DNA of 55,775 nucleotides from positions 1 to 55,775 of the forward strand of contig JAFTZI010000061.1 of NCBI GenBank assembly GCA_017461055.1, read 5' to 3'. Each line of letters begins with the position of its first letter. Position 1 is the first letter of the stretch. The position numbers were made by a program, and so were the translations under genes. Under the pieces are notes generated by a model. The model did no database searches, was not told the origin of the DNA, and saw only the letters and a program-made list of their open reading frames with translations. Positions 24,918 through 34,604 of this stretch are shown piece by piece. This DNA is from Clostridia bacterium (GTDB lineage Bacteria; Bacillota; Clostridia; Oscillospirales; CAG-272).

Positions 24918-26747
24918 ATGAGGGAATTTTTTAAGGAAAACAAATTAACTCTTGCAAGACTTTTCTTAGCAGTCGGTATTCTGATTACTGCCGCTGTGCT
25001 GGGTGGCTATAACCAAACTGCCTCGGTTGTGCTTTACCTTCTTTCATATGCTCTTGGTGCTTGCCTAATTGTATTTAAGGGCTTTGTGGATTTGTTCAAG
25101 GATAGAAGAATTGGCGAAAAAATGCTCATGACCGTAGCCTCGGTTGGAGCCATTGTAATCGGCGAATATTTTGAGGCTGCCTTAATAGCCATTCTTTTTG
25201 AAATAGGTGAGCTTATTGAGGATATGGCAGTTACCTCCTCCCGTAATTCCTTGGAAACTCTTTCAGCTATTCGTCCTGATAAGGCAAGAATAAAGGATAC
25301 AGGCGAAACAGTTATGAGTGAGTGCGTTGAGGTTGGCGCTGTTTTAGAGGTGTTGGCGGGCGAGCGTATTCCTCTTGACGGAATAGTGGTTGACAGTATA
25401 GGCTCGGTTGATACCTCGGTTATTACAGGCGAAAGCGCTCCTCGGTCTGTTCGAACAGGGGACGAAGTATTTTCGGGCTGCCTTAACCTAAGTAGTGTTT
25501 TGTACGTTCAGGTAACAAGAGGCTATAAGCAAAGCGCCGCTCAAAGAATAATTGACTTAAGCGTAAATGCTCTTGACAAAAAAACAAGAAACGAAAAATT
25601 TATAAGAAAATTTGCAAACATCTATACACCGATAGTGATTTTACTTGCAATAATTGTTGCAGCAATTCCGCCACTCATTGACAATATGAACTTTTCATTG
25701 TGGATTTACAGAGCTTGCTCACTTCTTGCAATTTCCTGTCCCTGCGCACTTGTTATTTCTGTACCCCTTGCATATTTCTGCGCAATCGGTTATGCATCCA
25801 AAAAGGGAGTGCTTATTAAAAGCTCATCGGTAATTGAAGCACTTCAAGGCATTAATACGGTTGCCTTTGATAAAACAGGAACTCTTACAAAGTCCGACCT
25901 TCACGTAACTAAGGTTGAAGCTGTTGGAAACAGGTCCAAAATTGACGTGTTAAAATACATTGGTATTGCAGAGCTGAAGTCTAATCACCCAATTGCCTCG
26001 GCAGTTGCGTATGAGGCTAAAAAGCTAAAGCTGACAATTGAGGAAGGCTCAAATTACATGGAGTATGCAGGCAAGGGTGTTGAGTGTGACTCTCCTTACG
26101 GTCATATTAAGGCAGGCACACGTACCTTTGTAGATGCCACAACGGGAATTAACTCAGGTACAGTATTCGTGTCTGTTGACGGTGAGTATGTTGGCTACAT
26201 AGGAATAGGCGATGAGCTTAAGGAAAACAGCAAAATTGCCTTTGAACGCTTGCACAAGCTAAAGGTTAATAAGAAAATCATTTTAAGCGGCGACAAAAAG
26301 TCCAAGGTTGATATAGTTGCAAAAACACTGTCAGCAGACGGCGCATATTCAAATTTGTTGCCTGAGAATAAGCTTGAAGCAATTGAGGACATTATAGATA
26401 CAACGCCGGGCTGTAAAATTGCATATTGCGGTGACGGTATAAATGACCTACCGTCCCTTGCAAGAGCCGATGTCGGAATTGCAATGGGAGCTATAGGCTC
26501 GGATGCGGCTGTGGAAAAGAGCGATGTTGTTATAATGGATGATGACGTAAGCAAAATCCCCCTTGCCATTAAAATTGCCAAGCGCACAAGACGCGTAGTT
26601 CTTGAAAACATTATCTTTGCCATCGGCGCAAAGGTAGCCCTGCTTGTTTTAAGCATAATCGGAATTCTTCCGTTGTTTATAGCGGTAATAGGCGACGTTG
26701 GCTTGCTTATTCTGACTGTTATAAATGCCATAAGAGCCGGTAGATAA
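24918..26747 (+). CDS. Heavy-metal (Zn/Cd/Co-type) P1B ATPase without an N-terminal HMA domain
   Basis: TGES, SCPCAL, DKTGTLT, SNHP, GDGINDLP. Confidence 0.9.
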   Translation: MREFFKENKLTLARLFLAVGILITAAVLGGYNQTASVVLYLLSYALGACLIVFKGFVDLFKDRRIGEKMLMTVASVGAIVIGEYFEAALIAILFEIGELIEDMAVTSSRNSLETLSAIRPDKARIKDTGETVMSECVEVGAVLEVLAGERIPLDGIVVDSIGSVDTSVITGESAPRSVRTGDEVFSGCLNLSSVLYVQVTRGYKQSAAQRIIDLSVNALDKKTRNEKFIRKFANIYTPIVILLAIIVAAIPPLIDNMNFSLWIYRACSLLAISCPCALVISVPLAYFCAIGYASKKGVLIKSSSVIEALQGINTVAFDKTGTLTKSDLHVTKVEAVGNRSKIDVLKYIGIAELKSNHPIASAVAYEAKKLKLTIEEGSNYMEYAGKGVECDSPYGHIKAGTRTFVDATTGINSGTVFVSVDGEYVGYIGIGDELKENSKIAFERLHKLKVNKKIILSGDKKSKVDIVAKTLSADGAYSNLLPENKLEAIEDIIDTTPGCKIAYCGDGINDLPSLARADVGIAMGAIGSDAAVEKSDVVIMDDDVSKIPLAIKIAKRTRRVVLENIIFAIGAKVALLVLSIIGILPLFIAVIGDVGLLILTVINAIRAGR

Positions 26748-26750
26748 AAT

Positions 26751-26794
26751 AAAAAACACTTATGAAATGCTTTTGCAAATCGTAAGTGTTTTTT
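26751..26794 (+). terminator. Intrinsic terminator
   Basis: AAAAAACACTTATGA..TCGTAAGTGTTTTTT. Confidence 0.75.
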
Positions 26795-26803
26795 GTATAA
26801 ACG

Positions 26804-26858
26804 AAAAAGAGCTGACAGCTTTTAACTAACTGTTTCCAATTAGCCTTCGTGTCAGCCC
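26804..26858 (-). terminator. Extended terminator hairpin of the epimerase gene
   Basis: Minus strand GGGCTGACA..GGCTAATTG-GAAA-CAGTTAGTT..TGTCAGCTC-TTTTT. Confidence 0.65.
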
Positions 26859-26865
26859 GATTTTA

Positions 26866-27741
26866 CTATTTAATTGTAATAGAATAACCGTTTTTGTAGG
26901 TATAACCGCTTGGCAAATGAATCATTTCTTCCTTAGTCGTCAAATCGTCAACCTTGTCCTGCGTTGCGGGAACAGATGTCCAAGGCTCAATGCAAACGTA
27001 AGGCGCATCGGTCTTTACTGCGTGCCAAAGACCGATATACTTCATTCCGTTAAAGGAAAGGGTCACGCTTCTTGTTGTCTTGTCAGAGCCTAACTTGATT
27101 TCCTTTGCAACGTTGTATAGGAAAATAGCATCGTTATCAAAAAGGTCGTGAGTCAAATCAATTCTCTTAGTGCCGTTTTCACGGTATACCTTGTCGTTAT
27201 GGGTTAAGAAGCAAGCAGGAGAAAAATCAACCCTTACAGCGTCACAGCTCTTGTTAAACTCCACATAGCAGTCCTCAAAGCTAAGGCCCTTGTCCAAAGG
27301 AGCATTAAATGCAGGGTGTCCGCCAACAGAGAAAATAAGCTCCTTTGTATCCTTGTTTTTAACCTCATACTTTACGTCTAAGGTGTTACTGTTAAGAGCA
27401 AATGTAACATCAAAAATAAATTCAAATGGGTAAATCTCTCTTGTTTCCTCATTTGCGCAAAGCTCAAGAGTAATAAAATCACGCGCGGCAGATTTGAGAG
27501 AAAACACGCTTTTTCTTGCAAAGCCGTGGTTAGGTAATGTATAGGTTTTGCCAAGATATGTATACTCGCCATTAAAGAGACGTCCGCAAATAGGGAACAT
27601 AATAGGAGCTCTGCCACTCCAATATTTTTCATCTCCCTGCCACAAATATTCGTGACCGCCACTGTCCTTAACAGACATTATTTCTGCACCTAAATCAGAA
27701 ATTACAACAGTTAAAAATTCATTTTGAATAGTATATTTCAT
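26866..27741 (-). CDS. Aldose 1-epimerase family protein (LacX-like)
   Basis: GAEIMS, YLWQGD..W, APIMFPICG, HGFAR, GGHPAF, YVCIEPW. Confidence 0.9.
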   Translation of the reverse strand: MKYTIQNEFLTVVISDLGAEIMSVKDSGGHEYLWQGDEKYWSGRAPIMFPICGRLFNGEYTYLGKTYTLPNHGFARKSVFSLKSAARDFITLELCANEETREIYPFEFIFDVTFALNSNTLDVKYEVKNKDTKELIFSVGGHPAFNAPLDKGLSFEDCYVEFNKSCDAVRVDFSPACFLTHNDKVYRENGTKRIDLTHDLFDNDAIFLYNVAKEIKLGSDKTTRSVTLSFNGMKYIGLWHAVKTDAPYVCIEPWTSVPATQDKVDDLTTKEEMIHLPSGYTYKNGYSITIK

Positions 27742-27858
27742 TAAAAAGCCTCACTTTTCTGTATTTCCTATACATTTTACCACAATTAAACAAAAAAATC
27801 AATATTGAAAATATTTATAATATATGATAGAATAAATTAGATTATAAGGGGGGGCAAA

Positions 27859-28812
27859 ATGGCAAATATAGCGCTTTTAAACAGATGCAATCTTAGGTGT
27901 CCCTATTGCTTTGCAAATGAATATATTGATAACGAGGGACAGGACATAACAATAGAAGATTTCAGGCAGCTTCTTGACTTTGCAGCCCTTGATTCAAGCC
28001 TTGGCATAATAGGCGGCGAGCCGCTTTTACATAAGGACTTTGACGAATTAATGCGCCAAGCTCAGGACGATTTTCGCTTTCATAAAATAACCGTGTTTAC
28101 TAACGGAATTTTTATTGACAAGCACTTGACTGCTTTGAATGACAGAAAAACAACCGTATTAATAAACGTAAATTCAAGTCAGGACATAGGAAAATCCAAT
28201 TTTGAAAAGCTTGATAATAACATATCGTTACTTATGCAAATGGGCTGCGGCTCAAATGTAAGCATAGGCATAAATGTCTATAAGCAGGGTCAAGACTTTT
28301 CCGACCTTTTATACATAATCAAGAAATACGGCTTTAGAAGGGTACGCGTAAGCGTTGTAATTCCGCGTGACAAAAGCACAGGCGGAATTAAATATTTTAT
28401 GGAAATGAAGCCCACGCTTTTGGGGCTTTACAAGGAGCTGTTAAAATTAAATGTCTGTCCTTGCTATGACTGTAACGCAATACCCGAGTGCGTATATACC
28501 AAAGAGGAAAGGGAGCTTCTTTCAAGCCTTCCCTTCGCAAACGATTTTGAGAGGGAAATTTTCCTTGGCAAGCGCAGTGTTTGCTCACCTGTAATTGACA
28601 TATACCCCGATTATACAGCTACAAGATGCTTTGGCTGCTACGATATGGAAAGAGTGAGCATAAGGGATTTTAAAAATATAGCTGATTTAAGAAATTACTT
28701 TTTTATGAAAATAGATGCAAGGCTTGTGCACAGCTATTCATGGGACAGATGCAAGGATTGCTATAAGCACAAGGTGTTCGGTTGCTTTGGCGGATGCCTT
28801 TGCTACAAATAG
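27859..28812 (+). CDS. Radical SAM protein with a C-terminal SPASM-like Cys cluster
   Basis: CNLRCPYC, GGEPLLH, FTNG, C-terminal CSP..RCFG..CKDC..CFGGCLC; own promoter TTGAAA-17 nt-TAGAAT. Confidence 0.85.
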   Translation: MANIALLNRCNLRCPYCFANEYIDNEGQDITIEDFRQLLDFAALDSSLGIIGGEPLLHKDFDELMRQAQDDFRFHKITVFTNGIFIDKHLTALNDRKTTVLINVNSSQDIGKSNFEKLDNNISLLMQMGCGSNVSIGINVYKQGQDFSDLLYIIKKYGFRRVRVSVVIPRDKSTGGIKYFMEMKPTLLGLYKELLKLNVCPCYDCNAIPECVYTKEERELLSSLPFANDFEREIFLGKRSVCSPVIDIYPDYTATRCFGCYDMERVSIRDFKNIADLRNYFFMKIDARLVHSYSWDRCKDCYKHKVFGCFGGCLCYK

Positions 28813-28824
28813 GGTGGTGATTTT

Positions 28825-30309
28825 ATGAAGCAGGTTGTCAGCGTTTCAAATATGCGCAAAAGCGACCGTCATACAATAGAAAATAAAGCTTCCTCTCTTG
28901 AGCTAATGTACAAAGCGGGAGAGGGAATATTTAAAAGCGTAGATTGGCACGGGAAAATTCTTGTTGTGTGTGGCTATGGAAACAACGCAGGGGACGGATA
29001 TGTTGTAGCGGAGCTGCTTCAAAAGGCAGGCTGCTACGTGAAAATCTTGCTGTTGGAGGAGCGCTTTTCAGAGGACGGAAAACACTATTTTGATGCTTGC
29101 GTAAATGAAAAAGTGCCGTACAGTGTCTATAAAGGCGAAGATTTTAAGGAATACGATATAATTTTAGATTGTATTCTCGGCACAGGCTTTAAGGGGGATG
29201 TAACAGGAATTACCAAGGAGGTAATTGAAAAAATCAACTCAAGCGGAGCATACGTTGTTTCCGCCGATATCAACAGCGGCTTAAACGGAGATAGCGGTCT
29301 TGGCTCTACCTGCGTTAAAAGCGATTTAACTGTTTCCGTAGGAACTCTTAAAAGCGGACACCTTTTAGGTCAGGCAAAGGACAAAATAGGCAAGCTAATT
29401 AATGTGGAGATAGGTATTGACCTTGTGGAAAAGCCATATGGCTTGCTTGAAAAAGCAGATGCTGCTAAGCTTTTGAAAAAAAGAGAGAATTATTCCAACA
29501 AGGGCACATACGGTTATGTAGCCTTAATAGGCGGCTGTACGGAATACAGTGGCGCTGTCAAGCTTGCCAATCTTTCCGCGTGTGCCTTAAGGAGCGGCTG
29601 CGGTGTTTGCAAAATCTTAGCTCCGAAATCAGTATGTCACGGTATAATGCCATATCTTTTGGAAAGCACCCTTTACCCACTTTCAGAGTGCGACGGAGCT
29701 ATCAAATTTGACGAAAAAGAGATACAGGGTGCCTTAAATAACGTAAAATGCGTTGCGATCGGTATGGGCTTAGGACAAAGAGGAGATAACGAAAAAGTAA
29801 TTAAATACATTTTGGAAAATTATAAAATCCCCGTAATCATAGATGCAGACGGACTGAATACGCTTTCTAAAATGGATGCTGATATTATAAAACATACCTC
29901 GTGCCGAGTGGTTTTGACCCCGCATTTAAAGGAGCTTGAAAGGTTAATAGGTGTCCCCCTTGAAGAAATTCAAAGGGCCCCGGTTACCTATGCCAAAGGC
30001 TATGCGCAAAAAACAGGCGCAATAGTATTACTAAAGGGACCGACAACAATTATAACCGACGGAGAAGAGGTAATTTTAACAAATACAGGCTGCGCAGGAA
30101 TGGCAAGCGCAGGAAGCGGAGACGTTTTAAGCGGAATACTTTGCGCACTTTGCGCCGGCCAAGATGATTTGCTTACCTATGTAAGCTTAGGCGCATACAT
30201 AAACGGCTACGCTGGGGAAATTGCACAGCAAAAGCTATGCGACATTTCAATGCTGGCATCGGACACAGCTCTTAGTATTGGTATAGCTATAAAGGAGCTT
30301 CAGGGCTAA
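28825..30309 (+). CDS. nnr: Bifunctional NAD(P)HX epimerase/dehydratase
   Basis: GNNAGDG, DCILGTG, DINSG (YjeF-N); NKGTYG, IDADGL, LTPHLKE, GMASAGSGDVLSG. Confidence 0.93.
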   Translation: MKQVVSVSNMRKSDRHTIENKASSLELMYKAGEGIFKSVDWHGKILVVCGYGNNAGDGYVVAELLQKAGCYVKILLLEERFSEDGKHYFDACVNEKVPYSVYKGEDFKEYDIILDCILGTGFKGDVTGITKEVIEKINSSGAYVVSADINSGLNGDSGLGSTCVKSDLTVSVGTLKSGHLLGQAKDKIGKLINVEIGIDLVEKPYGLLEKADAAKLLKKRENYSNKGTYGYVALIGGCTEYSGAVKLANLSACALRSGCGVCKILAPKSVCHGIMPYLLESTLYPLSECDGAIKFDEKEIQGALNNVKCVAIGMGLGQRGDNEKVIKYILENYKIPVIIDADGLNTLSKMDADIIKHTSCRVVLTPHLKELERLIGVPLEEIQRAPVTYAKGYAQKTGAIVLLKGPTTIITDGEEVILTNTGCAGMASAGSGDVLSGILCALCAGQDDLLTYVSLGAYINGYAGEIAQQKLCDISMLASDTALSIGIAIKELQG

Positions 30310-30320
30310 TATTTGGATTA

Positions 30321-30361
30321 AAAAACACAGACTATTGCAAAACGCAATAGTCTGTGTTTTT
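30321..30361. terminator. Bidirectional intrinsic terminator
   Basis: AAAAACACAGACTATTGC..GCAATAGTCTGTGTTTTT between convergent genes. Confidence 0.85.
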
Positions 30362-30372
30362 ATCGTTAGTTA

Positions 30373-31098
30373 TTAACGTATAAAGCTAAGAATTTCATCA
30401 AAATACCGTTGCTTCATTTCTTCATCTAAATCGCAGTGGTCACGGTCTTTAACAATATAAAACCTAACGTCCCTTGTCTTTGCAAGCTCGTTTACAAACC
30501 TTTCACTGTGCATATTAATGTTAACTGCGCTGTCCTTATCACAGTGGAAAATAATATAATCGGTTTTCTTAGGGAGAGTGTCGATTAAATGCAGGGGAGA
30601 AGCGGATTTTAAGGCTGAATCAAAATCCCCCTCATAGCCATAAAAGGCGCTGTAAATAGTCCTTGGTAAATCAACTCTTTCGGTAAAGTGGTACGGAAGA
30701 TCACAAACAGGGCAGTTAGCCACACAACCGAGAGGAGTTCTTTTTGCATATTTTGTGTACACTATGCAGGCAAGACCGCCCATACTGCCACCCGATGATA
30801 CAATAGAAATATTATCGCTTAGCTTGTATTTTTCAAAAAGCACATCTAAAATCTCATCGGTTAAATTAACCTCGTCCATATTCATCCAGCCCCAAGGGTT
30901 AGTATATGGAATGACAAACAATACATTATGCTCAGCAAAAGCGTGTCCCATGCTTGTTCCTTCAGGGTACATACTCATTCCGCCAAGACCGAAAAATTCA
31001 AGAACAACACCCTTTATCTCGCCCTTGATTTCCTTATCGTTTGAATAAGCAAAATAGCTTAAATTTTCATAATTAATAATCTTTTCCATAAAATTCAC
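30373..31098 (-). CDS. Alpha/beta hydrolase (S9 peptidase/esterase-like)
   Basis: Nucleophile GGSMGG, HCDKDSAV, C-terminal DHC. Confidence 0.8.
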   Translation of the reverse strand: MNFMEKIINYENLSYFAYSNDKEIKGEIKGVVLEFFGLGGMSMYPEGTSMGHAFAEHNVLFVIPYTNPWGWMNMDEVNLTDEILDVLFEKYKLSDNISIVSSGGSMGGLACIVYTKYAKRTPLGCVANCPVCDLPYHFTERVDLPRTIYSAFYGYEGDFDSALKSASPLHLIDTLPKKTDYIIFHCDKDSAVNINMHSERFVNELAKTRDVRFYIVKDRDHCDLDEEMKQRYFDEILSFIR

Positions 31099-32102
31099 CT
31101 GTTGAAAATAGTGTTGTCGAAGGTATAGCCTGTTTTGTGCTTGTTAATTCCGTAAGAGGTACGCTTTACGAGGTTAAATAGCTTATCTCCGTCAATGCCA
31201 ACCAAATCACCGATTGCATCCATAAAGTTTTCAGCGCTTTCGTGGAAGGTGGTTGTAGTAACATAAATTCCCCTTGAAGCGCCCTTAGCGTTCATAGCGC
31301 CGTAAAACTCACGCACCTCTTTTTCGGTAACGTGTGCGCGGTCGCGGCATTTTGTTTGGGCAACTATTGTTTCAACAAAGCCAAGATAATCTACAATTTC
31401 AAGCTCAACATCAATTCCGCCGTCGTCGCTTCCGCCTGTAATGTCACAGTACACAACCATTTTGCCGCTTAAGGTGTAATACTTTTCCAAAAGATTAGCA
31501 ACGAAGCTTTCAAAAAACTTTCCGCCCATTAACCACAGCTTTTTGAAAAACTTAGGCTTGAATTCGTTTTCGGGCAGGGGAGTGTCGCCGTTTTCGTTAA
31601 TATCAGTTGGAGTTATATCTCTGTATTTTCCGTCAATAAACTCGATTTCGTCATTTTGTAAAAGACTGAAAAGCACATTTCCCGCAACGGAGTGCAAGGA
31701 ATAATCATCCTTAAAGGACGAGGTCATATCTGTGCCAAAGCGAGATTCTAACATTCTGAAAATTTCGTTTTTGGTGTACGCGCCGCTTTGGAGAATTTCC
31801 ATTATCTCGGCTTCCACCAAGTCCTCTTTGATTATAACAAGCTCTTCCTTTGCAAGGCTGTACTTTTCACCCTTGCGAAAGATGTCCTTTTTATTAATTA
31901 AATCATTAATTGCTGTCGAAATGTAGCTGCGTATTACACTGTTTTTACTTCTTGGAGAAAAATCCTCAAGCTCACTCTCTGTAAGTCCGTAGCATAAAAG
32001 CGAGCCCTCGATTATTTCATTTCTTGTAGCATTTTCCACATTGGAAAGAAATTTGATAACAGCCTCAGTAGCTCGTCTTTTCATTTTATTGGTAACCTTC
32101 AT
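31095..32102 (-). CDS. Mrr-family (type IV) restriction endonuclease with a long N-terminal region
   Basis: FESFVANLL, GGSDDGGIDV, QTKCR, VREFYGAM, RGIYVTTTTF, IDGDKL. Confidence 0.82.
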   Translation of the reverse strand: MKVTNKMKRRATEAVIKFLSNVENATRNEIIEGSLLCYGLTESELEDFSPRSKNSVIRSYISTAINDLINKKDIFRKGEKYSLAKEELVIIKEDLVEAEIMEILQSGAYTKNEIFRMLESRFGTDMTSSFKDDYSLHSVAGNVLFSLLQNDEIEFIDGKYRDITPTDINENGDTPLPENEFKPKFFKKLWLMGGKFFESFVANLLEKYYTLSGKMVVYCDITGGSDDGGIDVELEIVDYLGFVETIVAQTKCRDRAHVTEKEVREFYGAMNAKGASRGIYVTTTTFHESAENFMDAIGDLVGIDGDKLFNLVKRTSYGINKHKTGYTFDNTIFNR

Positions 32103-32110
32103 AAAATCAC

Positions 32111-33112
32111 CTACGCTTCTAATATTTGCTTTATCACAGGCTCAATTACCTGCGCCATTTTGTAAAAGCCCAAATCGTTTGGATGAACCGTGTCTATAAA
32201 GCATAATTCCTTGTCGGGGTCGTTCTTAAAATAGCTTTCTCCGTCAATGAAATATACGTTTTTATCACCCTGCATAACAGCATTTTTATAGGTAGAATAA
32301 ATTACCTCTTTTCTCGCTAATTCGTCTTTACCGTGATTTGCGCAGGGGCGAGTGAGCATTACAATGGGTAAATTCGGTTTTTTCTCCCTGACTCTTTTGA
32401 AAAATGGCTCGTGTGTGCTTCTTAAATGCTCAACGGTTGGAGCATTGTGGTCATAGTCGTAAACGAAAACCGAAATATCAAGGGAGCTTATAAAATCTGC
32501 AATTTCAATTTCGCCCTTTGCATTTCCCGAAAAGCCTAAATTGTAATAATCAGCATCAAGATGCCTTGAAATTATTGCATTGTAGCCGTTGGTTACATTG
32601 CAGGCAATACCGCCCTCGGTAATTGATGAGCCATAATAGAGAATAGGTGTAGAATATGTATATGGCGTCGGCGGTAAAATCTCCGCATCATCCTCAATAA
32701 AAACGGAAAAGGTCTTTATTATTTCGTTTCTCGGAAGAAAGATTGTAATTTCTTCCATTTCATCACTCTTTGTAAAGGTCTTTTCAAAAACCTTGCTTTC
32801 GTAATTATAGGCATTGCATAAGCCCAAAAGCCTTGATGATTTTCTTTCGCCCACGAAAACAAACGCGCTTTGGCAAGCATAAATTGACATTCCAATATCA
32901 ATCCCGAGAGTTTCAAGCTCAAATTTTAAAGTGAATTTCTTAGAGTTGGTTTTAAAGCCTGCGCGTCCGCCCATTGGACGTCTGCCTAAAAACTCAAGGC
33001 GGGGCACTCTTTCAATTACCTCGTCGGGCAGGCGTGTCAGCTTTTTGTGCGCTTCAAAATTAGGTATTCCGAAAATTTTAATGGGATAGTCCCTGTATGT
33101 ATATTCCTTCAT
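32111..33112 (-). CDS. SGNH/GDSL hydrolase family esterase
   Basis: YGSSITEG, NLGFSGNA, DYDHN, DTVHPNDLG. Confidence 0.85.
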   Translation of the reverse strand: MKEYTYRDYPIKIFGIPNFEAHKKLTRLPDEVIERVPRLEFLGRRPMGGRAGFKTNSKKFTLKFELETLGIDIGMSIYACQSAFVFVGERKSSRLLGLCNAYNYESKVFEKTFTKSDEMEEITIFLPRNEIIKTFSVFIEDDAEILPPTPYTYSTPILYYGSSITEGGIACNVTNGYNAIISRHLDADYYNLGFSGNAKGEIEIADFISSLDISVFVYDYDHNAPTVEHLRSTHEPFFKRVREKKPNLPIVMLTRPCANHGKDELARKEVIYSTYKNAVMQGDKNVYFIDGESYFKNDPDKELCFIDTVHPNDLGFYKMAQVIEPVIKQILEA

Positions 33113-33124
33113 ATTAATATAACC

Positions 33125-34603
33125 TCACATTTTCCGTTTCGCTATTGCCAGTCCCTCATAGCCGAAAAGGAAGGCCTCAGCGGTTTTCCTTGCTAAAATT
33201 GCTGCTTTATTATCATTAAAGCCGAAGATAAGAGAGGTATTTCCCAAATACTCATCAATTATCTGCGCAAAAATCATTATCTTGTTGTCCTGCATCCAAG
33301 CCATTGAAACAGCATCCTTGTATTTGTGTCCGTCGGTTGTTGGCACATTTCCCACATCCTTGGAATAGCCAAGCTCGGGGAAAAGTCCAAAGCGGTTTTT
33401 GTTTACATAAAAATCAAGTCTTAATTCGTTTCCGTCCTTTATGTAAGACAAATAGCCCTTAACAGCACTGTCAAAATGGAAGGAAAACTCACTGATGTTC
33501 ATTGGATTTTCATCGCATACATATACTTGACCGTTTAATTTTTCTCTGAATGGCGAGTCAGGCTGACCCTTAACACAGTATAGCTCAAGAGAGCTTGTCT
33601 GCTCCTTTAATTTTTCAAGCTCAACACTGTTTTCGGGCAGGGGAGTGTCGTTTAAATTATCAATAATATTATCAAATAAGGATGTAAGCAAATACTCTCT
33701 TGAGCTTGGATTTCCTTGGTTATCGGCAGTACAGCAGAAAATAAAATCATATTTCGGCACACAAATGGCAAGCTGGTCTCCCATTCCCAAAAAGGCATAG
33801 CCGCCCTCTTCCGTAATCCAGAATTGATAGCCGTAGCCTAAATTGCAAATTGCTCTGTGTCCGTCCTCTGTATTGTCGACCTGCTTTGTCGTGGCAGCCC
33901 TTAAATAGCTTTCGCTTAAAAGACGTACTCCGTTATGCTCACCGTAGTTTAGAGTAAAGCGGGCAAATGAGGCTAAATCCCTTAGGGTGCAAATCAATGC
34001 AGAGTCCCCCCAGGAATCTCCGTTTGGTGTTTTTAATATCTTGGCATTTTCAAATGTGCCAAGGTGAGTAAAAATTCTTTCCTTTAAAAAGTCAAAAAGA
34101 CTTTTGCCCGTTACTCTTTCCACAAGGCTTGATAAAACCTGTGAGCCTGCGCTGTCATATTCCCAAACAGTGCCTGCGGGACGTCTTTTGTTCTTGTAGT
34201 TAAAATACAGGTGAGTTCTGTCCGGGTCGTTTTCCGAAAACCAACTGCATTCCGGCATTGCAGTGGTCATTGTCAGCATTTGGCGAATTGTCTGGTCCTT
34301 TAGATTTTCGTCGAGGGGAGTGTCTATTTTATCGGGAAAATAGTCAGCTATTTTGTCGTCTAAGCCGATTAGTCCGTCATCACTGCAAAGTCCGATAGCA
34401 CAGGAAACAAAGCTCTTTGTAACAGAGTACATTCTTTGAATTGTGTCCTTGTTATAGGGAGCCCAGTAGCCCTCGTAAAATATATCGCTTCCACGCATCA
34501 TAAGCATACTGTGCATATGGAGCCCGCGCTTGTTTATTAAATCAATAAATCTTTTAACATAACAGGACTGTATGCCTGCCCTCTCCGGTGAAATAATGCT
34601 CAT
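33125..34603 (-). CDS. Serine hydrolase (beta-lactamase/class C-like fold)
   Basis: SxxK in YSVTKS, LTMTTA, YDS, GYGYQFW, GMGDQ. Confidence 0.85.
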   Translation of the reverse strand: MSIISPERAGIQSCYVKRFIDLINKRGLHMHSMLMMRGSDIFYEGYWAPYNKDTIQRMYSVTKSFVSCAIGLCSDDGLIGLDDKIADYFPDKIDTPLDENLKDQTIRQMLTMTTAMPECSWFSENDPDRTHLYFNYKNKRRPAGTVWEYDSAGSQVLSSLVERVTGKSLFDFLKERIFTHLGTFENAKILKTPNGDSWGDSALICTLRDLASFARFTLNYGEHNGVRLLSESYLRAATTKQVDNTEDGHRAICNLGYGYQFWITEEGGYAFLGMGDQLAICVPKYDFIFCCTADNQGNPSSREYLLTSLFDNIIDNLNDTPLPENSVELEKLKEQTSSLELYCVKGQPDSPFREKLNGQVYVCDENPMNISEFSFHFDSAVKGYLSYIKDGNELRLDFYVNKNRFGLFPELGYSKDVGNVPTTDGHKYKDAVSMAWMQDNKIMIFAQIIDEYLGNTSLIFGFNDNKAAILARKTAEAFLFGYEGLAIAKRKM

Positions 34604-34604
34604 T

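Noticed and set aside
33125-34603. Beta-lactam resistance gene
   Set aside because: Cytoplasmic SxxK serine hydrolase with YDS instead of YxN and a long C-terminal extension; more likely an esterase or amidase
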